A stretch of DNA of 64,000 bases, taken from Octopus sinensis. Its lineage: Eukaryota. Shown in pieces: positions 12,660-26,198 of this stretch (position 1 is the first letter of the stretch; the number at the start of each line of letters is the position of its first letter). The notes below the pieces were generated by a model that saw only the letters and a program-made list of their open reading frames with translations, searched no databases and had not been told where the DNA came from. The position numbers were made by a program, and so were the translations under genes. The DNA lies in NCBI RefSeq assembly GCF_006345805.1, contig NC_042999.1, forward strand, positions 124,496,001 to 124,560,000, read 5' to 3'.

Positions 12660-13500
12660 ACATGAATTAAGAGAAACAACATCATCAACAACACAAACAA
12701 CAACAACTATGATAGTAGTAACAACAAAAGTAGCAAAAATAACTGAAAATGCAAGAGTTACACCAGCAACAAAGCAATAAAAGCCACAATATAACAATGA
12801 TGACAACATCAGTAACAACAATAACAGAAACAGCTGTACAGTAGCAACAACAACAGCTATAATAGCAATATCAACAGAACAGTAACAGCAACAGTTGTAA
12901 CAGTAACAAAAACAACTGGAACAACAACTTTAAAAGCAGTAGCAACAACAACAGCAAACAGCAGCAGCAGCAACAACAGCAACAACAACAACAATAGCTA
13001 GCAGCAACAACAATAACGGCAATAGCAATCAATAGCTACAATAACCACAGCAATAGCAACAGCAACAAGAATAGGAGCAACTACAACAATAGCCAGTAAC
13101 AACAGGATCAACAACAACAATAGAAATGTGATTGATAATAATACAGTTTTACTCAGTAATTACCAACTGAGGCCACATCTACTGTCTTCTGAAAAATCTA
13201 AGTCATCCTGCCAGCTGGTTATAGATTACGCTGATCTTCAATAATCACTGCCACTACCAGCACCACCACCACCATCACCACCACCACCACCATCACCACC
13301 ACCACCACTACCACCACCACCAGTACCATCACCACCACCAGCATCATTCACCACCACCACCATTCACCACCACCCACCACTGCCACCACCACCATTCAGC
13401 CCCCACACCATCAACCACCACCACTCACACCCCCCCACCCCCACTACCATCAGCAACACCACCATTATCACCCCACCGTCACCACAGCTACCATCCTCAT
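12660..13500. repeat. (CAA/CAG)n then (CAC)n low-complexity tracts
   Basis: Direct inspection. Confidence 0.85.
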
Positions 13501-13559
13501 TATCACTGTTGGGTTTAGGGTTCAATGGTTATGTTTGATCTAGAGATGTGAATTCAAAT

Positions 13560-15040
13560 GTTTACAAGGGCCAAATTGTACAATATCATTCCTCCACCAA
13601 TTTAGCTAGAGGGTTTTCATACCAAACACAGCCAAAAGCTTTGCCGGTGTCAAATACAACAACATTGCCTTTAGTAAAAGTAACCAATAGTGAAAGACTA
13701 TTGATGTGTGTATGTGAGACAAAAAAAGAGCAGGTTTCTGTAAGATCTGTCTTTACTATACTGGTGATCACAAGAGAGAATGTGTGGAAGAGAGAAAGAA
13801 GGGGGAGAGAGGGAGAGGGAGAGAGAGAGAGAGAGAAACTTCAGGTGATTAAAGTGTTGAGTATTTATTACCATCAAGTTCAAAATGTTGCTGTTGCTGC
13901 TGCTGTTATTTGGTCTCAGATAATTTCTGAGAGAGCAAATCTGTGGTCAAATGTGTTCTATTAAAATGAGATTAATTTACCAGTTGTAGTATCAAAGAAT
14001 TCTAGTGAAATAAGGTGTTTATATAGATATGTGAATGCATATCTATATATGACAATACTCAACAATCAATCCTTTATGACAAGACTCGACAATCACAATC
14101 CTATTTTAACATCCAGAAGAGATATAATGTCACAACATTGGTGAGACATGGCTATTGTAAGAAAATGCTGTGCAATATAACATCAACTGAACCATTACTG
14201 GAAAAGTGCAAACCTTACTGGAACATCAGGAGGAGATTAAATATATTATTATTGAAGACATTAATCCATCTAGCTGCCTATCTAAACTCTAAAAGTGAGA
14301 TCTTTTCCACTTGTCTTCATGAACAAAAATATATTTCAGCCAACTGGTCAGTTTCATTTTAGCAGCAAGGCTTATTCTTGCTACATTAGATATCTTTTCA
14401 CTATAAAAAGCAATGCATTTCTCCCACACCCAGTGCTTACACACATTCATGCATATACATGGTGCATACACATATACTCAGAGTAATTTTCTTGACACCA
14501 GCTTGTTTGGCTTATTTGCCTTCCACTTTACAGAGTTTACTGAGTTTATTTTCAAGGCACCAGCACTAGGGAGGTTGCCAAAACATCAGTGAGACAGGAC
14601 TTAGAGATCTCTAAACTTTAATTTACCTCTGCTTATTCACCAATCACTATAGAGTGAGCACAAGGAAAGGAACTTGGAAGGGAGTTTTCTGTTATGGTAT
14701 TACACTGTAAGATCACAGCATAAGTGTAGAAAGTATTCAGTAATCTAAAGCTTGTACTTTCACTTGGGTGATGTGATTAAGGACAGGAACAGCAGAAGGC
14801 TAGAATAGATGGAGGAAGAAGATTGAGTTATTGAAGTGTAGACAGGAGAGAAGTGATGGGCAATCACAACAGAAGACAAGAGTAAGAGTTGATGATGAGC
14901 AATAAGAGAATTGGTCCAGAGGAGAGAAAGAGTGCAATGAGGTTGGTGGTAGGAAAGGATCATTCACCATCTTCAAACATTGCAGGTGGTGAGAAGATGA
15001 GAAAAGGGGGTGATATGAGCTACAAAGTAACTCCACTAGG
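13560..15040 (-). mobile_element. Heavily degraded CR1/L2-like LINE (APE and RT remnants)
   Basis: RT motif VVFDTGKAFGCVWYENPLAKL at about 13590-13660, resembling D.SKAFDRVWH..LL.KL. APE-like [10 protein letters not shown]...SPLDQF lies about 1.3 kb upstream on the same strand. Confidence 0.5.
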
Positions 15041-15080
15041 CACACATATTCTCACTACACACACACACATCTATCTTATA

Positions 15081-15174
<94 letters not shown>

Positions 15175-15178
15175 CATA

Positions 15179-15259
<81 letters not shown>

Positions 15260-16794
15260 GTATATACACACACACACACACATGTATATATATAAACTTG
15301 CCTTCCTCAGTTACTTCATAGCAATAATAATCAAAATTCAATTGTTGTAACATCATATTTAATATATTTCTTATTCATTTTGTAGTTAATACAAGTCATA
15401 AAATTCCAATCACATATATGAATTTCGGTTTAAGCTAAGCTGCTTGTATATGATGTCAAATTTATGACTTTGGGAATCAAGATGGATACAGTTTTGTTTT
15501 TTTTTTTCTTTTGCATCAAATATAATGAATGACCACACTCATCATTTTTTTTTACCTTGAAATCATAGGGAAAACTGTGGGTAGAGAGAGGGTGAGGAGG
15601 GGGAAGAGGAAGGAGAAAGGGGAGGGGAGGAAGAGGGGGAGAGGGAGAGGGAAGAAGAGGGAGAGAGATTGATGGACCAACAGACGGACGGACAGACAAA
15701 CGGACAAGCAGGCAGGCAGAGAAGGAGGGAAAAAGAGAATGCAGGTGCATTTCCCTTGTGTTTTGTGTTTGGTTTTGTTGCAACAGGCTTTGGTGACAGA
15801 TTTTTCTTGAATTTACGAGTTGAAATGTTTAGGGAAAAATTCTGTCTTCATACTTTTATCTTTCCTCTCAGTTCTTGGTTGTAACAATAATCCTGTGTGT
15901 GTGAATGTGTGAGTGTGTGTGTGTTCCAGAGAGGGAAATATGCACTGGCAGTATTCCTTTGGCTATTGGCTTCATAAGAGATAAACAAGAAATAGATGAA
16001 ATATGATAAATATGATTCTACAGTTGGATTTTGATTATATTGCTATGAAGTAATTGAACAAGGAATAGACTTTCTCCCACTTCCTAATGTAAAATAGATG
16101 GACCAATGAAAATCACTCTTGAAAGTGAAAGAAGGAATCCAAGAATCTCAGTCATTGTTTAACATATTCATAGTGAGTTTGCTAGAGGGTGATGGTGCTC
16201 ACCATCTCTATGCAATCTATAACCGGTGGAATACAATGCAGGCAATAGCCTGAGGAATGCAATGCACCAAATGTATTTCTTCCTCTCTTTCACAGATGCA
16301 CACACATGATATTATGGCTACAACACAGCACTAGGAGAAAAAGACTTGAATGTAAACATTTGAATTTATAAATTCAAAGAAACTGCCACCAAACCCTAAG
16401 GCAGGAAAAACAATTGATTATATCCTGCATTTTGTATGTCTCTCTCTCTCTTTCTATTTATTTGCTTGTCTTTTTGATTTACAAAAGTGGGAAAATTCTA
16501 CAAGTATTGGAATATATTCATTAACTTGCTGATTTGAAAAACTGTATACATCTTGAGTAGAAACGATATAGAGGCAAGAGGACCCTCAAGTTTTATGGAA
16601 TACATGACAACCTTTCTAGAGTTGCTGCCATGATAAACTGGACACTTCATAAAGTGCATGTTAGGATAAGTGTTCAGGCAAGGAAACCAAACCAACATTG
16701 AAATGTATGAACAAAGTATATTCCTCTGACTCATCCAAGAGGGTTGTAAGTCTGAATAACAATTACAAATAAGAAGTGCCATTATGAAAGGCTG

Positions 16795-17545
16795 CTAAAT
16801 CTATAGAATGCATGGGAGAAGGAGAACCTGTCTAATGTGGACCCAACAGAGGAGCTGGCTATTCAAATCAACAGTAGCTTAGTAGTTAAAGCAATTAAGG
16901 ATATGAAGACAGGAATCACCACAGAGATGCTTAAAATCTCTGGAAGAGTGAGATATGACCTGGTCACCCAAGTAGTTGATCATGCTGTCCACAAGCGAGG
17001 CATACCTAATGATTGGTGTAGCAGCATTATATTCAACTGCTACAAAGGCAAAGGTAATGCCCTAGATAGAAATAATTACAGAGGTATCAAATTGCTGGAC
17101 CAGGTGATAAAAGTTGCAGAACGGGTCATACCTCAATTAATTAGGAAGAAAGTTAGCATAAATGAGATGCAGTTTGGATCTGTGCCAGGGAGAAGTACCA
17201 CTGATGCTATCTTCCTGGTGAGGGAACTGCAAGAGAAATATTTAGTGTTGGGACTCACAGAGAGGACGACAGGGTACCAAGACTCCTGGCAGTGTGCTGT
17301 GCTTGAAAAGATACATCAAGCTAAGTAAAAGCATGGTTGCCCTTGCATATAGACTCAGCCCCTGCAGCCCTCTCCAGCTGAGCATCCCTAATCTTGTGGA
17401 CTCATTGATGCTGGTGCTGCATAAAGCATCCATGCCAGTGCAACATAGAAGCCTGAACAGTCCTTCTGCTAGTCAGCTCCTGTCAAACCGTCCAACCCAT
17501 GCCAGCATGAAAAACAGACTTTTAATGATGATGATGATGATGATA
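16795..17545 (+). mobile_element. Internally deleted RTE LINE
   Basis: ORF 16837-17328 (NYRGIKLLDQ, QFGSVPGRSTTDAIF) jumps at about 17245 directly to the ORF C-terminus, then 3' UTR and (GAT)n. Confidence 0.85.
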
Positions 17546-17689
17546 AATTTTCATCACACTAGCAGAAAGTTATGCATGGGTATGTACCCTATATGTTAGA
17601 GAATGCCAGTAACTATAACAGGAATAGTAGCCTTACTTGCACCTGCAATAAGTACATCAAATCTCATATAGAATGCTATACCTTTGTAA

Positions 17690-18260
17690 TTCAAGAATTG
17701 GTGAGATAGAGATGCTTCTAAACTTCCAGGATGTGATAGAAAACATTGATTGTGCCATACCAATATGGAAACTATCACTCATATCATCAGCCACTGCCCC
17801 AAAATATCCACAAGATATTACATTCAGATGAGAGATGACATTGTTGCTAAGATGGTCTAAACTGCTGTATGCAGGAAGGATTGCCCAGACAGTCATACCA
17901 AAGCACACCACAACCAGAGAGTATCCACACCTTTAGAAATAAAGAATATTGGTGGAAAATTTTAATAAAAAACAGTAACCCCCATGTAAGCACAACAGGT
18001 CAGAAATAATCGTATGTGACATGGAACAAAAGTTGTGCACCATAGTTGAGAATAGCTGTTCAGCAGATGTGAATGTCTCATCAAAAATTGGAGAAAAGGA
18101 GAATATTTATGAAGAACTAATGAAAAGCCTACAGCTCTTACATCCAGGTAGTAGATTTTCATATTTTCAGTCTCCCTTGTCAGTTTGCTGGGCACCCTGT
18201 CTGGTTTTTGAGCCTGAAGAAGAGACAACCACTCAAAAATTCTTACGTCTCATAGTCTTG
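17690..18260 (+). mobile_element. Degraded RLE-type non-LTR retrotransposon 3' fragment
   Basis: Remnant of the CCHC knuckle (ET.THIISHCPK) and restriction-like endonuclease region (KLCTIVENSCSADVNV..KIGEKENIY). Confidence 0.65.
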
Positions 18261-18649
18261 CAACTTGGGCAAGGATCTTCAATTATAGCCCCAGGCCAAC
18301 AAATGCTTTGTGATTGAATTTGGTAAATGGAAATTGTGTAAGTCTGCCATGTGTGTATGTGTGTGTGTGTGTGTGGTGTGTGTGTGTGCACATGCCTTTG
18401 TGCTTGTGTTTATCTCTCCATTTCTCAATAGTTGGTGTTGGTTTGTTTACATCCCTATAACTAAATAGCTCGGCAAAAATAAGCATCAGACAAAAAAACA
18501 ATAAGCATTAGAGTTGACTTTTTGGGACTAAAACCCATCAAAGCAGATTCCCAACATGTCACAGTCAAATGACTGAAACAAAGAAACAAAAATAGGATGC
18601 ATATGTTTGTATGTGTTGTGTGTCTGGGTTTTTATATATACATATAAAC

Positions 18650-18889
18650 TTATAATTAAAGGTGTCTAAGAGATACCACCATGCCTCAAATAGCAGTCAA
18701 AACCTGACTCTAAAACCACATTGTTTATTCATACAGCTCTTGGTGAAAAGATATATAGACAAATAAACTAAGTAATTTTATACAAGTCTATTTGTCTATT
18801 TATTTTTTCACCTTGTTCTGTATGAATACACGATGTAGTTTTAGAGTCAGGTTTTGACTGTTATTTCAAGTAGATACCCTTAATTATAA
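18650..18889. mobile_element. Palindromic foldback MITE
   Basis: Arms at about 18650-18769 and 18786-18889 are reverse complements (e.g. cagtcaaaacctgactctaaaac / gttttagagtcaggttttgactg). A related single arm lies at about 56985-57065. Confidence 0.7.
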
Positions 18890-18972
18890 TTTTAATAATT
18901 ATTATTACTTATAAGGTTTTTCTTCCCATGCTGGCCACTTGATATGATTGTTATTCTAAATAACATTCTTAT

Positions 18973-19037
<65 letters not shown>

Positions 19038-20096
19038 TATACATATGTATATCACTGTGAATTGGTACATCAATTTAAATCCGTTTATATAAACAAAATA
19101 TAGTAAAAGTTAGCCTAGATTGATAAACAGATATTGATACAATGAGTTACTAAACTGATAGGAGTAATAGAGTTGATATGATTGACTAAAAAACTATTGA
19201 AATTATATGTGGTGTCCCAGCATTGCTGTAAGTCCAATTGGCTGAAACCAGTAACAGGATAAAAGAATAAACATGATATACATATATACGTGTGTGTGTG
19301 TGTGAGTGAAATAAAAAAATAATATAAAAACCTGTAAAGCATTACTTTCTGACCAAACCTCCATTGTATCTATTATCAAAATATCAATTCTAGTTTGTTT
19401 ATTCAAGGATACTTATACCAAAGAGTATCACTTAAGAGTGTATGTTTGTTACAAACCTGTTCAATATGTCCTTCAATGAACATTGTGGAGAGATGGAGAA
19501 TATCAATAGTGTCCAGTCATGAGAAGCTATTAAGCACTTCGCCGTCTTTTCTAACACCAGTATCATCATTCAGTCGTCCACCAACAATGAGGCTAATGAA
19601 AATAATTATTTATTTATCTCTTCTTGTGTTACATTACGTATAGATTAGTTGGTTATCTTTTCAGTTGTGCTTACTGTTGTGTACCACATACAGCGGGGGA
19701 AAAAAAACACTTCATACACATTTCATGCACACACCATATATTTATATATATATATATATATGCACTCAAAAACACATTTATGCATACATATGAATATATA
19801 TGTATATAAGTAGAGATGTGTTTATATTTGCATGTATGTATATTTACATGTGGGTGTGTGTTTGTGTGTGTATGTGTGTGCATGCACATCTATACATATG
19901 TAAGTTTATATAGGAATGTATCTGAGTATATCTATATCTATCTATCTATCTATCTAGTTATATATATATATATATATACACTATATAAATAGATAGATAG
20001 GTATAGACATAGATATGCATGTATATATATATCCATATATACATGTATATGTATACATAAATATATATATGTATATGCATGTATGTATATATATAT

Positions 20097-20462
20097 GGAG
20101 AGGCAATGGCCCAGTGGTTAGGCCAGCGGACTCGCGGTCATAGGATTGTGTTTCAACTCCCGGACCGGACATTTTGAGTGTTTATTGAGCAAAAACACCT
20201 AAAGCTCCATGAGGCTCCAGCAGTGGGTGGTAGCAAACTCTGCTGTACTATTTCACCACAACTTTTTCTCACTCTTTCTTCCTGTTTCTCTTGTACCTGT
20301 ATTTCAAAGGGCCAGGCTTGTCACACTGAATCTCCCCAAGAACTACATTAAAGGTACACATATCAGGTGAGTGCTCAGCCACTTGCACATTAATTTCATG
20401 AGCAGACTGTTCTGTTGATCGGATCAACTGGAACCCTCATCTTCGTAAGTGACAGAGCACCA
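20097..20462 (+). mobile_element. tRNA-derived SINE, family B
   Basis: A box tggcccagtgg and B box gtttcaactcc; the 3' half is shared with the copy at 37093-37400. Confidence 0.8.
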
Positions 20463-21479
20463 CAATTTATATATACATAATACACACACACAAACATATA
20501 TACATACACACATATAATATATATATATATGAAAACGCACTCAATACTTGTGTGCATGTGTGTGTGCATGCATGACAGATTCACTGCAATGCAAAAGTTG
20601 TCACCCTCTAACATCATAATGAAGTTTACGAGATTAAAATTTTATAATTCTGGTCTGAAAGTTGCTTGATATATTAAGCTTGCTGACATTTCAACACATC
20701 CTTAAGTATTTTTCAAATAAAGCACAGGTTTGGAAAAAAAAAAAATGAACTTCAGTAACCTTCAAAATAAAAATTTGTTTACAGCTATAATTACAATTAT
20801 TAAGTAATGAGGACAGCAGTACCACATATTAATTAGTATATTGAAATTAGCATTTACAAATTAAGGCTGAAAGTTCAGTAATGAAGTTGTATTTAAAAAA
20901 CAAAGTTGAACAATTCATGTCGCCTGCTTTCTTTTTTCGTTTTTACTTGACAGAAATGAAACAGAAATAAATAAGTTGTAAGAGAATCAAAGGAAATGTC
21001 TTATGGTGTTTAGTTATGGCACAGCCATAGGTGCAGGTGTGGTTGTATTGTAAGAAGCTTGCTTTCTAATCACATGGTTCCTAGTTCAATCTCACTGCAT
21101 AGCATTCTAGGCAAGTGTCTTCTATTATAGCCCCAGGATCACTGAAGTCTCATGAGTGGATTGGTAAATAGAAACTGAAAGAAGCCAATTTGTCATCATC
21201 ATCATTTAGTGTCTGCTATCCATGCTGGCATGGGTTGGACAGTTTGGCTGAAACTGGTAAACAGGGGAGCTGCGCCGATTCCAATCTAATTTGGCATAGT
21301 TTCTACAGCTTTGTTTTTTGATTTTGTTGACTACACAGTATACTAGGGTTAGTTGGGTACCATCTGTGAGAAAAACAGCACCATGATGCAATTCACTCTG
21401 CCAGAAAGTTGGAAATGATATACTGTGCTGCTTGGCATTTGCACCGGAAGCTCCAATATGAACATTTCAGAGTGTTTGG

Positions 21480-22084
21480 GTACCAATTTGAGGACATGTA
21501 TCAAGAATGATGAAAATCAAACATCCAGTCAACATTATGGTGTTTGGAGTAATCACTAGTAATGCAATGTTATGCCTCCATTCATCTTTCCACATGGCCT
21601 CAGACTCAACACGGAGGTGATAGTGCTGCCCTAGGTGAAGAGGGTGGCTACTGGTCTCTGCACCATGCCACACATGCATGAGAACCCAGTGATGGCTCTC
21701 AAACAATTTCTGTGACCATATCATCCATAACATCTGGCCATCTAACTCCCTTGATTATTATGCAATCCCCTTCATTATTATGCATGGGGTGCAGTTGAGC
21801 AAGAGACCAACTAAAATCCTTGAAACATCAAAGATGAACTGAAGGTAAGGATTATGGCAGCATTCACCAACTTAAACAAGGAGACCATCCAGAAGAGTTG
21901 CAGAAGATTCCAAAGTCGTCTGGAGGACATGGTTGAAGCTAATGACAATTTTATTGGATAAATTTATTTTTTAGTATTTCAAGATTTTTTTATGTAATTT
22001 TGGTAAATATATCTATTAAAATGAGATATCAGTGTTATTTTAATTTTTCCATAATTTAGATGATAGTTTACTCACCACTCCCTG
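21480..22084 (+). mobile_element. Tc1/mariner (maT-like) transposase remnant with right end
   Basis: Translates to KHPVNIMVFGVITS, WPSNS.LDY..WGAVE and CRRFQSRLE.MVEAN motifs. Confidence 0.7.
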
Positions 22085-22333
22085 TGTGAATACACACACA
22101 CACACACTTACATGATTTTTTAAATTTATTTTTTATTTGTTTTATTTATTAGACTGCAGCTATGCTGGAGTACTGTGAAAAATAGTCAAATGGATTGACT
22201 TATTTTTCTTTTATGCTTGGTACTAGTTCTATAGGTACTTTTTTGCCAAACCGCTATGATTACAAGAATGTAAACACACCAGCACAAGTCAGTATGGGGG
22301 ACAAACACAGACACTAATGCACACAGATATATA

Positions 22334-22365
<32 letters not shown>

Positions 22366-22391
<26 letters not shown>

Positions 22392-22579
22392 CATGGGTTT
22401 CTTTCAGTTTCCACCTACCAAATCCACTCTCAAGTTTTTGGTCAGTCTTAGGATCATAGTAGTCACTTGCCCAGTTTCACACAGTAGGACTAAACCTGGA
22501 ACTATGTGGTTGGGAAGCAAGCTTCTAATCACACAGCTACACCTGTGCCCATATATACATATATATATATATACATATA

Positions 22580-22634
<55 letters not shown>

Positions 22635-22849
22635 CATGGGTTTCTTTCAGTTTCCACCTACCAAATCCACTCTCAAGTTTTTGGTCAGTCTTAGGATCAT
22701 AGTAGTCACTTGCCCAGTTTCACACAGTAGGACTAAACCTGGAACTATGTGGTTGGGAAGCAAGCTTCTAATCACACAGCTACACCTGTGCCCATATATA
22801 CATATATATATATATACATATATATATGTATATATACATATATATATAT

Positions 22850-22860
<11 letters not shown>
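22366..22860. repeat. Exact 243-bp tandem duplication of a SINE-A fragment plus microsatellite
   Basis: catgggtttctttcag... begins at both 22392 and 22635, and the copies are identical. Confidence 0.9.
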
Positions 22861-22884
<24 letters not shown>

Positions 22885-22885
<1 letters not shown>

Positions 22886-24072
22886 TAGCAGTATCGCCCG
22901 GTGTTGCTAGGGTTTGTAAGGGAAATAACTATATAAGCATTTTTAGTGATGATGATGATGGCGGCAGCAGTTGTGATGATGATGTCCTGAGTTCAGCTAC
23001 TGCTGAGGTCGACTCTGCTTTTCATATGTCTGGAATTAATACAAAAAAAAAAACAGTCATGTACTGGTGACAATGGCATGAACTAGCCTCTCCTCCACCA
23101 AAATTACTGGCCGTGTACCTAAATTTGAAACAATTATTAAGGGTAGTGTATTGAGAGAATCATTAAGGTATCAGAAAAAGTCCCTTACAGTATTCAGTTG
23201 CATCAGTTTACAATCTGAGTTCAAAAAAATAGCAAAAAAATAGCAAAAAATGCATTAAAAATGGAATAAAAAATGATGGTAATTTTTTTTTAAATCGTTG
23301 ACTCATCGTAGACATTTTTAGAGAGTTACTTCCTTTATATAATAGCGAAAAATGCATTAAAATGGAATAAAAAATGATGGTAATTTTTTTTTAAATCGTA
23401 GACTCATCGTAGACACTCGCTAATACCCAGAAGGGCTCGATATGAATCACGACAATAAGATACCTGGTTTTGGTTAAACTGCACCGCAAAATGTGGGAGT
23501 AGTTAGGAATCTAAATCGTAGGAGACAGACACACAACCTTACTTTTATAAATAAAGATTTGTGCAACAACTAAAACATTCGGTTGTGCAAATTGTTTGCA
23601 CAGGAAACCTGCCCTGTGTGGCGGTAATTGCCGTTTTTGTGGATCTGTTTCAGCTTTTTTAGTGATTTCTGTTTTGGCGACTTCAAGCCATGAAGTCGTT
23701 ATTCTAAAAGAATGCTGGACTCCTTGACAATGCATTACGACGTTGATTTCCTTACACTCCCTTCCCCACAGCTTCACGAGGGAAGGAAGAAGGGGGAGAA
23801 GCAAACAGGTGCAGGTGTGAGCGTGGACGCCAACTCCGCCGCCATCGACACACGAAAAATATTCATTAAAATGGAATAAAAAATGATGTTAAATTATTTT
23901 TAAAATCGTAGACTCATTGTAGACGCGCGCTAATACCCAGACGGGCTCGATATGAATCACGACTATAAGATACCTGAATTTGGTTAAACTGCACCGCAAA
24001 ATGTGGGAGTAGTTAGGAATCTAAATCGAAGGGGACAGACACTCACACAACTACAGTTTTATATATATAGAT
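22885..24072 (-). mobile_element. Non-autonomous Helitron (composite)
   Basis: 3' end CTAG at 22885-22888 with an adjacent GC hairpin (cccggtgttgctaggg). 5' end a|TCtatatatataaaa at about 24072, with a second internal 5' end at about 23559. Confidence 0.75.
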
Positions 24073-24129
24073 ATATATATACGTGTGTGTGTTTGTTGTG
24101 CGTATGTGTGTGTGTGTGTGTATGTGAGA

Positions 24130-24370
24130 GTGTTTGTGTCTGATTCTCCTTGTCTTGACACCACATGCTAGTTGTAAGTGATTGTCACTGTCATACATTT
24201 CCAATGTTCTGTGAGAACAAGCCTGACCATGGGGAAATATTACCTTGCTTGAAAATAGATGAGGGTTAGCAGTAGAAAGAACATTCAGCTATAAAAAATC
24301 TCCCTCAAACATATTCAGTCCAACCCAAGCAATCATAGAAAAATTGGATGTTAAATGATGATGATGATGG
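24130..24370 (+). mobile_element. SINE-like family D with an RTE-derived 3' tail
   Basis: Body ...aatattaccttgcttgaaa..., tail ggatgttaaatgatgatg. Relatives at about 34340-34605, 36770-36980 and 59380-59560. Confidence 0.6.
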
Positions 24371-24819
24371 CGGCAGCAGTTGTGATGATGATGTCCTGAG
24401 TTCAGCTACTGCTGAGGTCGACTCTGCTTTTCATATGTCTGGAATTAATACAAAAAAAAAAAACAGTCATGTACTGGTGACAATGGCATGAACTAGCCTC
24501 TCCTCCACCAAAATTACTGGCCGTGTACCTAAATTTGAAACAATTATTAAGGGTAGTGTATTGAGAGAATCATTAAGGTATCAGAAAAAGTCCCTTACAG
24601 TATTCAGTTGCATCAGTTTACAATCTGAGTTCAAATCCTGCCAAGGTTAACTCTGCTTTCCATACCTCTGCAGTTAGGGATGATAGAGAGGTCAATGAAA
24701 TAAAGTACCAGTCAAGTATTGCAGTCAATTTAATCAACTAGTCCTTTTCTCCCAAAATTGCTGGCCTTGTACCTAAATTGGAAACTGTTATTATTACTTG
24801 TGATTCTTTAAGGTGGCAA

Positions 24820-25020
24820 GCTGGCAGAATCGTTAGCACCCTGGGAGAAATGCTTAGCATTTCATCTGATTTCACATTCCACATTCAAATTCTTCTGGGG
24901 TCAACTTTGCCTTTCATCCCTTCAGGGTTGATAAAATAAGTATCAATTAAGTATTAGGGTTGATGTGATCGACTTGCCCCTTCCCTCGAAATTACTGGCC
25001 TTGTGCCAAAATTTGAAATC
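24820..25020 (+). mobile_element. tRNA-derived SINE with a conserved central domain (Nin/Deu-like)
   Basis: Core gcctttcatcccttcagggttgataaaataagta. Relatives at about 24400-24790 and 39335-39560. Confidence 0.55.
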
Positions 25021-25807
25021 ATTCTTTGTGGTTCTTGTTGTTTGCAATGAACTTTAACATTATATAGAACACAAGTTAGAAAGTGATTACTTGATGGTAA
25101 AAAAATTCTTTTGGTTTTTTTCACTAACAAAGAGCTTTAGAATATTTAAATGTCTGTTCCATTACCTAGGATGGAAAAGAAGCATTTTTTTACTCTGTAC
25201 ATTTGTTTCTGCAAACGTCCATTTGGTTTGTTTATTCATGGTTTATTGTGGTGAATATGCTCCTCATCATTTTTTTAAAAATCACAATAACTTTATGAGA
25301 AAAAAAAAAAGAAAAAGAAAAGCAGAGAAATGACATGTACACAAACATTCTCTGTTATAAACACAAATAGTTACAATTTGAGAAACACAAAAAAAAAAAA
25401 GAAAATAACAGAGTGGTGAAAATGCTAACTTAAATGACAATAACAGAAATACCAACAACTGCAATAATAATAACTTATCTTTTGTTAGTATCACAAACGA
25501 AATAGGGAGTTGAGACTAGAGCCAGCTCCAGGCAAAAAAAAGTATGGAAGAAATATGTCCAAAAGTAAAGTGACTCTTTGACTGACAAATTTACCCACCA
25601 AAAAAAGGAAAGGAGAAGGGATGTATATTTATTTTATCAAAAAAAGCGGAGTTTCCATGTGTCTATAAAAGAGAAGTTGAAAGAAGCTTGGATGTATGTT
25701 ACATCAACAGGATGGAGTGTATGAAAGTATGTGCTTATTATTTAAAACTGAATGTGAAGGTAAAAAGTCAGGGTGGACTCATGGAGCAACATGTATGTCC
25801 ATGGTAC

Positions 25808-26198
25808 TCTCTTTTACTTGTTTCAGTCATGTGACTGTGGCCATGCTGGAGCACCGCCTTTAGTCAAGCAACTCAACCCCAAGACTTATTCTTTGTAAGC
25901 CTAGTACTTATTCTATTGGTCTCTTTTGCCAAACAGCAGGTTACGAGGACGTAAACACACCAGCATTGGTTGTCAAGTGATGTTGGGGGACACAAACACA
26001 GACACACAAACATAGACACACACATACATATATACGACGGGCTTCTTTCAGTTTCCGTTTACCAAATCTACTCACAAGGCTTTGGTCAGCCCGAGGCTAT
26101 AGTAGAAGACACTTGCCCAAGGTACCACACAGTGGGACTGAACCTGGAACCATGTGGTTCGTAAGCAAGCTACTTACCACACAGCCACTCCTATGCCT
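25808..26198 (-). mobile_element. Full-length SINE family A
   Basis: Complete from head (aggcataggagtggctgtgtggtaag) to tail (gactgaaacaagtaaaagag) on the minus strand. Confidence 0.9.

Noticed and set aside
20097-20175. tRNA gene candidates (also the SINE heads at 37093 and 58000)
   Set aside because: A and B boxes are present, but there is no full cloverleaf and they run into SINE bodies.
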